A program made the translations under genes and the position numbers. From contig CATNEN010000032.1 in NCBI GenBank assembly GCA_950097015.1, positions 1,054,001 to 1,118,000 of the forward strand: DNA of 64,000 nucleotides. Reading direction: 5' to 3'. Positions 1 to 11,462 of the stretch are shown piece by piece; position 1 is the stretch's first letter, and every line of letters begins with the position of its first letter. The notes under the pieces were generated by a model that had not been told where the DNA came from, did no database searches, and worked only from the letters and a program-made list of their open reading frames with translations. Source of the DNA: Macrostomum hystrix. Taxonomy: Eukaryota; Animalia; Platyhelminthes.

Positions 1-369
1 GCTTAATTATACTGATGATTTATTCATTTGTAAATGTTTATTATTTGTTTCTTGAGCATTGCACACTTCTAATTTTATTGAATATATTCTGTTCTGGGAT
101 GGTTGTCAGATAATCACTTGTGCGACGTAAATATTGACAACAAACCTATTTATAAGATGCATTCTTTCGTTTTACGATCCCGTGTAAAAGGCAGTCGGAT
201 AGTGGAAAACGGACGAAACGTAATCCAATTAATGTCTATGCAGACAGTTTTCTAGTGATGTTCATTTGAAGTCTCTAGTTCGTTTGACCAAAACTACGCA
301 ATCAAACGGAACCCTATATATTCATTTTCATTCATGTATTCGATCTTTCAAATAAATGAAATATATTTA

Positions 370-1016
370 GGTAGTTGTTATTTGTCCGGTTAACCGGACA
401 AATAGCCGTTTGATTATTCGTCCGGTTAACCGGACAAATAGCCATTTGGTTATTCGTCCGGTTAACCGGACAAATAGCCGTTTGATTATTCGTCCGGTTA
501 ACCGGTTAACAGTGACTTTGCTATCAACCACTGATGTCAAAGTGGTGGTAATATTCATGTAGGCATCGTTTCTTAGAAATGTTTATCATATAAATCCATT
601 GTTGAGTTAGCTGAGTCCCTGGCAAATTAGGAAACTAAAAGCTAACCTATCTAACTAAAAGGGCAATTGATCTATATATGCTATCTATATATAATTTTAG
701 GTTGCCGACAGACCAATGCCTGGATCAAGGAACAACTATGTCTTTGTTTATATATATATATATCTTAATATATTGCCTCTTAATAGCCATAGCCAATAGC
801 CATTTGATTATTTGTCCGGTTAAATTAAAACCAAAACTTTTCGGTGCTGACTATATCTCCTGCATCAAAGTCACTGTTAACTGGTTAACCGGACGAATAA
901 TCAAACGGCTATTTGTCCGGTTAACCGGACGAATAATCAAACGGCTATTTGTCCGGTTAACCGGACGAATAACCAAATGGCTATTTGTCCGGTTAACCGG
1001 ACAAATAACAACTACC
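370..1016. mobile_element. Non-autonomous Mutator/Foldback-type MITE (647 bp) with 151-bp TIRs and a 9-bp TSD
   Basis: 370-520 (GGTAGTTGTT...AGTGACTTTG) is the near-perfect reverse complement of 866-1016. Identical 9-bp flanks ATATATTTA at 361-369 and 1017-1025. TIRs are built of ~29-bp tandem units containing the palindrome GTCCGGTTAACCGGAC. A 9-bp TSD with long, internally repetitive TIRs is typical of MULE/Foldback elements. Confidence 0.85.
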
Positions 1017-1854
1017 ATATATTTAAGGGAATTGGATAGGCCTAACGGAACTTTGGGTTTTCATCAGTTTCGTAATACAATCCTCTAAGTAAAAATCTAT
1101 TAGGTAGGGATCGTGTAACGAGAATGAATTCAAAATAACTAATTTACAAACTAAGTAAGAGACAAAGTAAGAACTATTCCAGTTCATTGTCATCACCCAA
1201 TAGCCATAGAGACGCCTGCTGACACCCCTCACATTCATTTTACAATCCCCTTCTTAAGGTATGGACAACAGAGTTCACCCTTATGGGGATAGTATCACAA
1301 AAGTGAGGGGTGAGAGAAAAATGCCAATATTCTCACAACTAAGAATTACATATAAAATCAAAATATTACATATGTATATATTACAAAATTTATGAAAACC
1401 CAATGTTTACTTATTCAATCCCTATAGGTCATTGAAAGCAAAAATGTAAAAAAAAACTTTTTTATACTAGTATATCCTTGCCAATTAAATTCCTATAAGC
1501 TTCTCTTTATTTTTCCTTTATAAAATTTTGATAGCTATTTAACTTTTTATGAAATCCTATGTTTTATATAAAAATAATTAACTTTTAAGGCTAAAATCAG
1601 ATAATCATTTGTGACGTTGTCACTTGTTGAAGGCACCCCTGCGCCCCTACAATATTACTCTATGCGTTGATTATATGCTTAATTTCCAAATTATGTACTT
1701 GCGAGGGCCGTTTTAGCTCATCGTATCATATTATCCAATTCTGTTAATTTATATTAGTAAGTCAAATTATTAGTGCGCTACTGTCAGTAACCATAAACGT
1801 ATATCGCGCCATTCTAGCTATTTACTACGCGTATCGTAATGTATTTCCCCCCCC

Positions 1855-2060
1855 CCGGCCAATGAGCGTGCGAGCTCTGGTTGGCCGGAAGTATCGATCG
1901 CTTTGTTTTTCAATCAGCCTAGTTTACTTAATCAAGGGCTTCAGGCCCGCTCGCGTCTCACTTTCTTTCCTTCCCGCTCGCGCTCCACTGGTTCTTTCTT
2001 CCTCACTTTCGTTCTTGCGCTCCACTGGTTCTTTCTTCCTCACTTTCGTTCTTGCGCTCT
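1855..2060 (+). promoter_or_regulatory. Putative promoter/5' region of the zinc-finger gene
   Basis: CCAAT motif at ~1859, ETS-like CCGGAAGT at ~1886, a GC shift after AT-rich DNA, and a 37-bp direct duplication at 1981-2054. Confidence 0.3.
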
Positions 2061-2517
2061 TCCGTTATCGCCATTCTCGCTCTTCTACGTTTCGTGCCGT
2101 GACTTTTCTCACTCACTACACTCCACTACATTCGGTTCTGACACTCACCATTACGAGCTCCTACGCCTTACATTACACCCTGCTTGTCGACGTCCCAGTG
2201 CATACGGAATAAAAGTGCTACCGCTACATCACAGACATTACTGACTTTGAATTGCCAAACTTACAATTGCCGCCGCATTGACTTCGACTTCGTCCTTTGT
2301 GTTTTAATCGTCACACATTGACCAAATTAATATGGTAAAGTAAAAGACCAAGTGATTCTTTTTGTAATTTAGTTACCTACATTTTTATAAAATGCAATTA
2401 TATACTCATTTGACCATTGTAGCCTAGCTAGTAAGCCCTGAAGTGTGTTTATTAATATATGTTTGAATTTTTCCTAATTTTAATCACACTGTGAAAAAAC
2501 TATCATGATTTCAGATA

Positions 2518-3718
2518 ATGACTGAGAAGCATGCAGCTGCTCAACTGCAGTCAGCCAAAAGTACAGAAAATGAGTTCTTTGACTCTGCTACTAGAGCTGA
2601 AATCAGTGAATTGAAAATTGCTTTGGCTGAGAAGACTGCTCAACTGGAGTTAGCAAAAACCAGAATTAAAAACTTAGAAGCCACCATAGCCAAGAATACT
2701 TCTTACTTGGATGTGCCAAATTCTGCTCAAAATTCTATTGGCGAGTTCATTGCTTTGAATCCAGCTGCTCAGCAGTCTGACACGAGTTCTTTAGCTCAGG
2801 ATGAGACATTTCAGCGCAGTCAAGAGCAAGAGGTGACTGAGCCAACTAGCAATGATAATTTAAAAGGACAGGTAAGCATGTTTTTTTCTTTTGCATAACA
2901 GATTCAGATTTTTTCTTGTGCTTCTCTAAATATTTATAAGCCATGCAAATATTTTACTGGCGCCTGTTTTGCTTACTTCGGTTTACGCGGCCGAATTGCA
3001 GAGCACATCATTGCTTTGCCTAAGCTTTCTGGCGTGCTCAAAGACGGCCGTTTTATTCGAACCGAAGCAACCTGGCTGTGACGCTGGGGTTGAGCAGCAG
3101 TGTGACTTGCTGGAAGCTCAGCCCGGCCACGGTGGCGGCTGTCGACGCTCTGCGAGAGTCAAGAACCCGCTGTACACCTGCGAGTACTGCGGCAAGATTT
3201 GGCGTAATATCACCCATCTGAGGAGACACATAAGAGTGCACACTGGGGACAAGCCTTTCAGCTGTGACATATGCGGCAGATGCTTCTCGCAGAAGATTTC
3301 TCTATCGCAGCACAATATAGTCCATACTTACCTGCCGAAATCGAAATCATTCGAGTGTGCCACCTGCGGCAAGCACTGCTCGACAAAGGGAAATCTATCC
3401 AAGCACATGCTAATTCACTCTGGAGAGAAGCCATTCGAGTGTGCCATCTGCGGCATGCGATTCACACAGAAGTCGAGCCTATCGGATCACAATCGAATCC
3501 ACACAGGAGAGAAACCATTCAGGTGTGAGCTGTGCGGCAAGCACTTCCGCACAGCCTCTTACCTGACCGTGCACACTCGCTGGCACGCTTGGGAGAAGCC
3601 GTTCCAGTGCGGCCAATGCGGCAGCCGGTTCGTCACCTCGGGCCATCTTCACCGGCACCAGAGAACCCACACGGCCGCTCTGCGGCAAACTGAAGCCGCA
3701 TTGCTTTTTAATCCTTAG
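2518..3718 (+). CDS. C2H2 zinc-finger protein (6 Kruppel-type fingers) with an N-terminal coiled-coil exon
   Basis: Exon 2518-2871 ends at CAG|GTAAGC (phase 0). The second exon most likely starts at 3002 after TTGCAG, in frame with ORF 2969-3718; the acceptor choice is uncertain. Six CxxC-x12-HxxxH fingers with TGDKP/SGEKP/TGEKP linkers. Confidence 0.8.
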
Positions 3719-4687
3719 TTTCTCACTGGAGAGCATATTTTTGCTGTTTATACTATGCGAATTACTGACGAATTCACATTTTTCGCTTTTCGGTCCCTAT
3801 GGATTGTGGTGATGTGAGGCACCAGAAAGAATGTTCATCATGTTGTACACGCGCGCGGCACTAATATTGTTTATTGAGAAGTTTCAGCTATCTATAATAT
3901 TTCTTTCTGCTTGAACGATCTGTATAGAAACTCTTTGGACCCACTCAGTTTTTAGTTGAGGGGGCTTCGATGAAGCTTTCAATATGACGAACTGTAGCAA
4001 TGTTGACTGTTGATGTGAAACGAAAGTGATTTTGCATTTTGTGTTGACTCCTGTTAATTATTTATTATCTTATTACATGCCTAATACGATAATCTCACCA
4101 TGGATGTAGAAGAACCAACAACAACAGAGAAACAAACTAATATATTGTACTCCCCGACCTAGCAAGTGATTAAATATGCAATTAAGTTCGTGGCTTAAAT
4201 GTATTGGAAATTTCATCAACGGAATTACACGTTCTAAATCTGCTGTCAGCCATTGTGGTGATGTGATGCACCAGAAAGAATGTTCATCATGTTGTTTAAC
4301 TGGCTTCCTACTAGCACTTGCTCGTCGTCGTTTTCTGGTTCTGGCAGTTAACTTCTCTTTAACTCTCTTCTATTTAACCCATCGCTCTAACTTCTTCAAC
4401 ATCTACAGCCATGTCCATGACCACGTGAATCGAGGATTTAATCACAAAGTCGTGATTTGATTCGTAAACGTGATGTTGTATTATGTATACATATAAATCC
4501 CGGAGCTATGTAATAGAAAATATGTCATGCTTTTTAGGTCGGTATGTGTAAGTGAAATACCGACCATAAAAACCATGACATACTCGTACATATCTTATAT
4601 TACTTTCATTTCCGGGATCTACGCTCGTATTCCGGAAAATCCTTGAAATGTTTTATTCCTTCCTTCCTTCGCTAAGCCTAAGGGACA

Positions 4688-4926
4688 AGCAGCACAGAGG
4701 TCTGCTCTTTGATTTTGTCTATGGCTGCGAGTCTATGTATAATACCAGCCTGTGTTAGACTAGCAGCACAGAGGTCTGCTCTTTGATTTTGTCTATGGCT
4801 GCGAGTCTATGTATAATACCAGCCTGTGTTAGACTAGCAGCACAGAGGTCTGCTCTTTGATTTTGTCTATGGCTGCGAGTCTATGTATAATACCAGCCTG
4901 TGTTAGACTAGCAGCACAGAGGTCTG
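4688..4926. repeat. Tandem repeat, 74-bp unit, ~3.2 copies
   Basis: AGCAGCACAGAGGTCTGCTCTTTGATTTTGTCTATGG...GTTAGACT starts at 4688, 4762, 4836 and 4910. Confidence 0.95.
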
Positions 4927-4998
4927 ATCTGGGTAATTATTTCTTTCTTTCTAACAGCTCTCGCCCGACTTAAAGACTATTTTCTGAGCAGTGTATAG

Positions 4999-5600
4999 AT
5001 GGAGCAAAATTCTTTCATTTTCAACCCACTGATGGACCATAGCGCCGACTTCGTTGGAGACTACGATCCTAATCGCCTTTCGGCAGTAGATTTGGAAGAA
5101 ATACTACGTGAAGGGTTGGATTGCCAGGACCCGTATGCTCTCCAGCAACTTCGAGAAGTCCGTGGCAATTCTGAGGCAGCATTGGATGAAATTCGCAATC
5201 TCAATCGGAGCACGAAGGCTCAAAACACTCTAAAACGCAACAAGTGGGCCGTTCAAGCGTCGAGTCTGGCATCGGATGCACTGTGCCTCTGCAAGACATG
5301 AACGACTCCGAACTCAATTCTCTGCTGTCATGGTTCATACACGAAGTCCCTCGTACGGTCGGCTCAAAATATCCTGCTGGTACACTCGTATCTTTGATCG
5401 GTGGATTGCAGCAGACGGTCTCGGACGTGCGACACGTCGACTTCTTTCGAGGAAGAGTTCGGGCTCATCACAGAGAGTCTAGACGCTGCGATGAAGTTCG
5501 CTACGCGAGAGGGAAGAGGATCGCAAACAAAATCCGCTAGTGTGATCAGTACGACTGATGAGGAGAAGCTGTGGGATACCGTACGCTGCTTTGCCCTCTG
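4999..5600 (+). pseudogene. Frameshifted Crypton-type (tyrosine recombinase / DUF3504-associated) transposon fragment
   Basis: Three overlapping short ORFs in different frames piece together Crypton/ZMYM/KCTD1-like motifs: 'STKAQNTLKRNKWAV', 'ELNSLLSWFIHEV..GSKYPAGTL..LIGGLQ' and 'ESLDAAMKFATREGRGSQTKSASVISTTDEEKLWD'. Recognised by eye, not by search. Confidence 0.65.
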
Positions 5601-7303
5601 ACGATTTCATACCGATTTGTCTGTTTTCAGTTTTGCTTTGAGTGTTTAATTGTCTATGGTCCAAACTGTTTCGAATAAATCCCGCAATTTTTGGAATTTC
5701 AAGTAAAAAGGACCCGCAGTACGACTGAGAGTTAATTAACCTTCTGAAACTCGATGTTGCGTATATCTTGGCTTTTCTTTTCCGTAGGAAGTCTCAATTT
5801 TTTATTGTCTATGGTCTCATCTCATATAACGGGACTGCAAAGGAAGCCAATTATATGATATAACTGGCCTGAAAACGAGGCCAATTATATGAACCATTTT
5901 CATAGTTACAAACGTCAAGTTAAGCGGCGAACTATGATATATTTGGGGTCGTAAAACGTAGTTTAACTATGAAAACGAAGAGTAGGTAGGAATAATTGAA
6001 CTATTCAACGAATGGAGTCATAGTTGGTAACGTAGCGTAGTTGGTAACGAGACGGTTTAAAAATCACTCCCATGTATATTTAAGTGAATAGTGACAGTCG
6101 TAATGAAATTTTGTCTATGCTACCACACCCCCAACCCGCCCAACCGAGTCTGCTGTTTCAAAAGGTTAAATTTTATAGCACCCGCCAAATTCCGGTTCTA
6201 TGGTCTTTTCCACAGAACCGAAATTTGGCGGGTGTTATAATACACATAATCTACCGGAAAATGCCTTTGAAAGTGGTATAAATAAAATTATTAATGTATT
6301 AACGGGTAGATTACTTGTTAAATTAGAAAATAATGGCGAATATTTGGTAAAAATTAGACCAAGAATAAAACGAAATATAAGGTCTGAAATATCAAAACAC
6401 GCTTATTAACCGACCAATGGCCAAGCACTGATATCTATTATCCAGATCTCTTAACTATGACGCAGTACACCTGATTTAATTTAACCCTAATACCATTTCC
6501 ATCACCGACTCTGGACCTGTCTTTAGCCTAAGCCTAAAAAGCTTGGTGATAATTTTTTTCGTTATTGAAATATCAGTGCAACTCCTGAAATATCACTTAA
6601 GTGAATATATTTCTCAATCACTGCAAGCGGTAAAAGATAAGTTGCCATGGCTCTTGTGGAACTGGGGAATATTACTTGTGCCAGTGTCCGTTGAAGTCAG
6701 GTGCTATAAATTAAGCAGCGGCCCCGATAGCTCGCATACCCGTGCAGCCTGTCTCATTCCTAAAGACACTGCTTGATGCAAGCCTGGGCGTGTAGTGAGA
6801 AGCCGACCAGAGAGTTTAATATTTTGTGCCCTGTGAAGCTGTGCAAGCTTTTTTACGTAGAATTCCAGATACTATCTAATATCAGAGGTTCAGGGCTGCG
6901 TGCAATCTAGCCCGCGGGTTTGAAGATAAACAATATGCATTTCACGCAGCTATTGTGTACAACTGGCGAGCCAGAACACGCGGACAGGCTGTGCCTACCC
7001 TCTGCGCATATGCTTATAGAGAGGCTCGAGGGCAGCCAGAGGACGGGCAGTATAGGAAGCTCTCGCAGCGACGTGTCCTGCTTCGTTAGCAGCCCGCCTT
7101 TGGTTCTGAATGGCCGTATTGCTTTGAAATCTAAGGTGGAACTACAGAGACCCAAGGTAACAACTGACTTGATTATTATACTTATTTACGAGTTGTTAAT
7201 CAGTGCTTCAGGAAGACTTGCTAAAACGTTTTACTTCTAGCTGGCATAATTGACTCACCATATTGCAGACATTTGGAAGCATTTAGCATAAATTAGTCGT
7301 ATG

Positions 7304-7488
7304 CAGGGGCGTAGTAGCTAGGGGAGCCGCGGCCCCCCAAATCGGCTGGCGAAACTATTGAGATGCCCCTCCTAATCGGCTGAAGAGCCCAAATGGCGCC
7401 CCTGGTACTAGTAGTGGCACCCCTGGTATTGGCGGGTTGTGGCGCTCCCCAGAGGCTCCCCTGGAAAATAATCCTGGCTACGCCTCTG
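7304..7488. mobile_element. Short GC-rich MITE with terminal inverted repeats
   Basis: Starts CAGGGGCGTAG..CTAGG and ends CCTGGCTACGCCTCTG (imperfect TIR). Flanks TCGTATG / TTGTATG resemble a degenerate TSD. Confidence 0.55.
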
Positions 7489-7615
7489 TTGTATGAAACC
7501 TTAATGTCTCACATTAAGTGGTGTAGAATTTTAGGCGCACAGATAGAAAAACAACGCAGTTTAGTGTATTCTGAGAGTTAAGAGCGAACACATTCGAACT
7601 TGCAGACTAATAGTC

Positions 7616-8881
7616 ATGGCTAACCTGGTGCTGGACGAATACGAGACTGATTCGGTGACCATAAGGACTGAGAAGACACCAATCAAAGTGGGGATCAGAC
7701 CCCTTCACGATTGTGAAGAGAGAAAAGCGGAGTACCGGACGGTTGGCGTTCAGACAACAGAGATCGCGAAAAAGAGGCTTGACCTCCCAATAGTACCGAG
7801 CTGCGATGAAAGCGATGCTATTCTTGTCACTCGAAATCATTTGGAATCGATGCGGCGCTACTACTTTGCAGTGAAGAGCGCCTACTTCAACTACAGCGCT
7901 TCGAATGGTGACTCGGTCGCTGTCATTAAGAATTTGTTCGAGCAGACACCCGAAATTCTCAGCATGGTGAATCGCCAAGGCCAGACACCTATCGAAGCAG
8001 CGCTAGTTCAACGCAAATGGACAGCAGCCGCGCAGCTACTGGAATTGGCCGCTCGCAAGAATCCCAAAGCCCTTCTTCATCGCACATCTGATGGAGACGA
8101 CGTGCTGATGCTGGCCGTTGCTGGCGGAAGCGAGGCTATCGTAAAGCAGCTCCTAGATCTTCAGTGCGGCCGCTTTGCGTGCTTTCACTACAACGCAATC
8201 GGCAGGAATTCACTGCACCTGTGCGGTCTCGGATCTAGCAATAAGATATTGGATCTGATCTTCGATGCGTTAGCCGACCTGCTGAACAGACGTCAGCTCG
8301 CTCCAGAGTGCGTCACTGCAGCTCTGTGCACCAGCGACTGCGATGGCTCCTCACCGCTTCACTACATGGCCCGCGACAATCAGTCCCTCATGCTGAAGGC
8401 CGTTCATGAATTCTCACTGCAGCACAACCTACTGTTCGATTGGGACCTCCGTCAAACTGCAGGCAACCGCTTGACGCCGTTGGCTTTAGCCGCCAGAGTC
8501 GAAGCTATAGATGCCTGCCGCTTTCTATTGCAGAAAGGACTGGTCGGCATCGACTTGCACGACCACATCGACCTGTGGCTGTACGAGCCTCTAAGCGACT
8601 CAATTCGATCCATGCTTGGAAAGCACTGCAGCCTGCTCGAACCAATTAACGCTCTGCCGCCTGAAAACCTAAGCAAACTGCAAGATGGCCTGCGTGAGCG
8701 GGGACTGACTGACGAGTTTCTGCTTCAGCTGAGGACTCAGTGGTCTGACCTGCCTCAGCTACCCACTGTCACTGCGGTGCTAATCGTGAGCCAGAACTAT
8801 TGCAGCTCGAGCCGTCTAGCGGCCTGGGACATCCTGGTGGGTCTCGGGGCTGCCGATCTTGCACAATTCCTTGAAGGTTGA
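7616..8881 (+). CDS. Ankyrin-repeat protein, 421 aa, single coding exon
   Basis: Long ORF with about five ANK-like units: GQTPIEAA, GDDVLMLAV, GRNSLHLC, GSSPLHYMA, RLTPLALAA. Confidence 0.85.
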   Translation: MANLVLDEYETDSVTIRTEKTPIKVGIRPLHDCEERKAEYRTVGVQTTEIAKKRLDLPIVPSCDESDAILVTRNHLESMRRYYFAVKSAYFNYSASNGDSVAVIKNLFEQTPEILSMVNRQGQTPIEAALVQRKWTAAAQLLELAARKNPKALLHRTSDGDDVLMLAVAGGSEAIVKQLLDLQCGRFACFHYNAIGRNSLHLCGLGSSNKILDLIFDALADLLNRRQLAPECVTAALCTSDCDGSSPLHYMARDNQSLMLKAVHEFSLQHNLLFDWDLRQTAGNRLTPLALAARVEAIDACRFLLQKGLVGIDLHDHIDLWLYEPLSDSIRSMLGKHCSLLEPINALPPENLSKLQDGLRERGLTDEFLLQLRTQWSDLPQLPTVTAVLIVSQNYCSSSRLAAWDILVGLGAADLAQFLEG

Positions 8882-9529
8882 TTATGCTGGTCATGTCGGT
8901 CGAATTCGCTTGCACTCTTTGACAAGTATACACTTTTGTGCTGAAAACTATGAAACCTGACAGCGTGAAATGGGGGTTACTGTTGAGAAAATTAATCTAA
9001 AAAATGACCATAAATTTTTTTGTACTTTTCGCTTATCTCTTCACAAATCCTATATTGTGAAGACAATGCCTATATCCTCTCAATCTTTCGTTCCCCTTGG
9101 CTAATTTGTCATAATCCTATCGAATCGTCCCATGTCAATGACTTAAAAATTCATGGCTCATTTACGCGTCTGATGTACAGGTACAATGTAAATTTGTGTG
9201 ATTTTACCAACCTGGAGAACACGAGTTGACATTCTTTGCTTCCAGGATCTAGGACGCAGTACTTCTCAAGAGCAATTCTCAAACTGTTTTGAGATCAGCC
9301 ACAAATCCCAAAGGGCATTAAAATAATCGGTCTCACGCAGTTAAAACAGTACGAGCGTATTATTAATTTGCCAATAAATCCGACGAACTAGAAAAATGAT
9401 TAGCATTTATTGCTACTACGAGTATTATTTAACTTCCGCGTTTGTTTATAACAACAATGTATGAAACCCCACTGTTTTGAAAAAACAGAGAATGCTCAGA
9501 TAAACTTATACAAGGATCCTAACTGATAC

Positions 9530-9955
9530 CGAGGCGCTGACGGGCAGGCAACGAAGCTTCTACGCTATCAGCAGTTCGTCTACCTCGGTGGTCTAGTACC
9601 TGGCGTCCGCGAAGAACTGCGGCGTCGCCGCGGGCTCGCCTAGACTGCCCTGTTTTCTGTAAGGCGATCCTGAAGTCCGAGGCCCAACCTGATCGCCGAG
9701 GGCGGCGCTGTTCCAGGTGGTGGTCGAGACCGTCCTGCTGCACAACGCTGCGACCTGTACGCTCACGGACTCGCCTAAACAGCGAGTGCGCGCCGACCTG
9801 CTGCGCTGCGCCTTAAGGTCAGCGGCGAGCGAGTCACTAACGCTAACGTGGCTCTGACTCGTCCAAGTGAATTTCTGCGTCGTCGGTGACTCCAGCTGGC
9901 AGGCCACAATCCACATCATCCGCGTAGCCTCCTACTGCTCACAGCCGGGGCCGTC
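9530..9955 (+). mobile_element. Degenerate RTE-like non-LTR retrotransposon fragment (C-terminal part of ORF2, after the RT core)
   Basis: Plus-strand translation with stops and frameshifts gives 'RGADGQATKLLRYQQFVYLGGLVPGVREELRRRRGLA', 'ERVTN' and 'RPSEFLRRR*LQLAGH', matching the 'FxYLG...RRR.LQLAGH' pattern of RTE-type LINEs. Confidence 0.7.
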
Positions 9956-10697
9956 ACGCCATCATCGATGGTCATCAAGCCATTCACCGCAACCCAAGGA
10001 CCCAGTTGACAGACACGTCGAGAACGGAACCACATCAACCGCTGACAATGAGCTCGTTTGCTTTATATAAGATAAGTTAAACAAAATTTAACTGCTTGTA
10101 GCGCTTGTAACAGGCATAACTGTAGAAAAAATTCTGTATGTGCTTCAAGTCAAGAGAAAAGAAAATTTGTTTAGTGTCGATTCCACAGATCGACGCTTTT
10201 CGAAAGAGGCTTGCTTATAAGTAGACCCTTCAATGTCACGTGAAATCGTCAATACCAATTGACACTCGACAGCCGTCGTTCATCCAGGGTCCCGGGCTGT
10301 CCCTCTTGTGGGGTTATCGGGGCCTAAAATCATACAGAGGGAGATTCAAGCCTTAGAGGCACCCTTAAGAGGTTTAGCTCCTCTTAAAGAGTATTATAAT
10401 TTCTGCTAGCCAATATACAAATGGCTAAAAGCAATGCTGTGCTAAATAGCATCATTAATTCTCATCAAACACTGAAAATGCAGCAGCCTAGTTGACTGCG
10501 GCTCCGAATTGGAAGATTAATTCGTTTTGAGTGAAGTATTTGCTTTTCATACAAACAAATGCAAATAACTGTCACATAAATATAAATGGCATCTCTTCTA
10601 GACTAGAGCAGTGTTATTGTAATTGTGCTGTTGCCTCAATTCAGCAGGCGAACAACAACTCTCTGCAGCACATCAAATATAGGTAAGCAAGCAAAAA

Positions 10698-11462
10698 ATG
10701 CTGCAAATGCAACCGCATGCTCTGCTGCTCCTGCTGTGGGTGTCTGCTACTCTGCCTGAGTCCTACAAGGCGGCCAGTTTTCATAAGACCACTGGAGTGG
10801 ACTGTGTGAGCTCGAGCTTCTTCAGCATTGTGTCTGGGGTGTGCGTTGCACTTGAATGCGGCGCTCACTGTGTCAGAACTGAGAAATGCCAGGCTTTCAG
10901 GCTGATCGCTTCAGGCACCTGCGAGTGCAAGCTGTTCCTGTTCGATGCGTGCAGTCACCGAGTGCAGTCTGTGCCGAACTGCACCAATCAGGTCACTGTG
11001 TATTTGAGGTCTCTGCCTGGAGTGCCTCTGGGTCGACTGTGTCCACCTGAGTACCAGTACAGCAGGTACGGCACCTCGTACAAGGTGGTCACAGCCACAA
11101 TGTCATGGGCCTATGCCAACATGACATGCAGTTCGGAGTTGGGACTGTCGAAGTTTGCAGACATCATCGATCCAGACGAAGCAACGCATGTCACATGGTT
11201 GAAGAAGCAGGTAAATAGCTCGTTTGACTACTTCATTGGAGGCTATCAGAAGGGAGGGGCTGCGAGTGTGCAGGCCGACTGGTTATGGGTGGCATGCAAC
11301 ATTGCGATCGACACCAGCGTGTGGCATGTGGGGGAGCCGAGCCAAGGGGTGGCCGGAAAGCAGGGCTGTACTCAGTTCTGGAGAAATTATCAGATCGGAA
11401 TCGACGATGTCAGCTGCAACGCGAGTGTGCCCTACATCTGCGAGTGCAAGTCCGTTTTCTAA
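10698..11462 (+). CDS. Secreted PAN/apple + C-type lectin domain protein, copy 1 (254 aa)
   Basis: Leu-rich signal peptide; PAN-like C-x3-C-x5-C (ECGAHCVRTEKC); CTLD with SWxxAxxxC, FIGG, WHxGEPS, C...IDDxxC...YICEC. Intronless ORF. Confidence 0.85.
   Translation: MLQMQPHALLLLLWVSATLPESYKAASFHKTTGVDCVSSSFFSIVSGVCVALECGAHCVRTEKCQAFRLIASGTCECKLFLFDACSHRVQSVPNCTNQVTVYLRSLPGVPLGRLCPPEYQYSRYGTSYKVVTATMSWAYANMTCSSELGLSKFADIIDPDEATHVTWLKKQVNSSFDYFIGGYQKGGAASVQADWLWVACNIAIDTSVWHVGEPSQGVAGKQGCTQFWRNYQIGIDDVSCNASVPYICECKSVF

Noticed and set aside
367-1088. ORFs with VRLTGRIIKRLF repeats
   Set aside because: They are translations of the MITE's repetitive TIRs.
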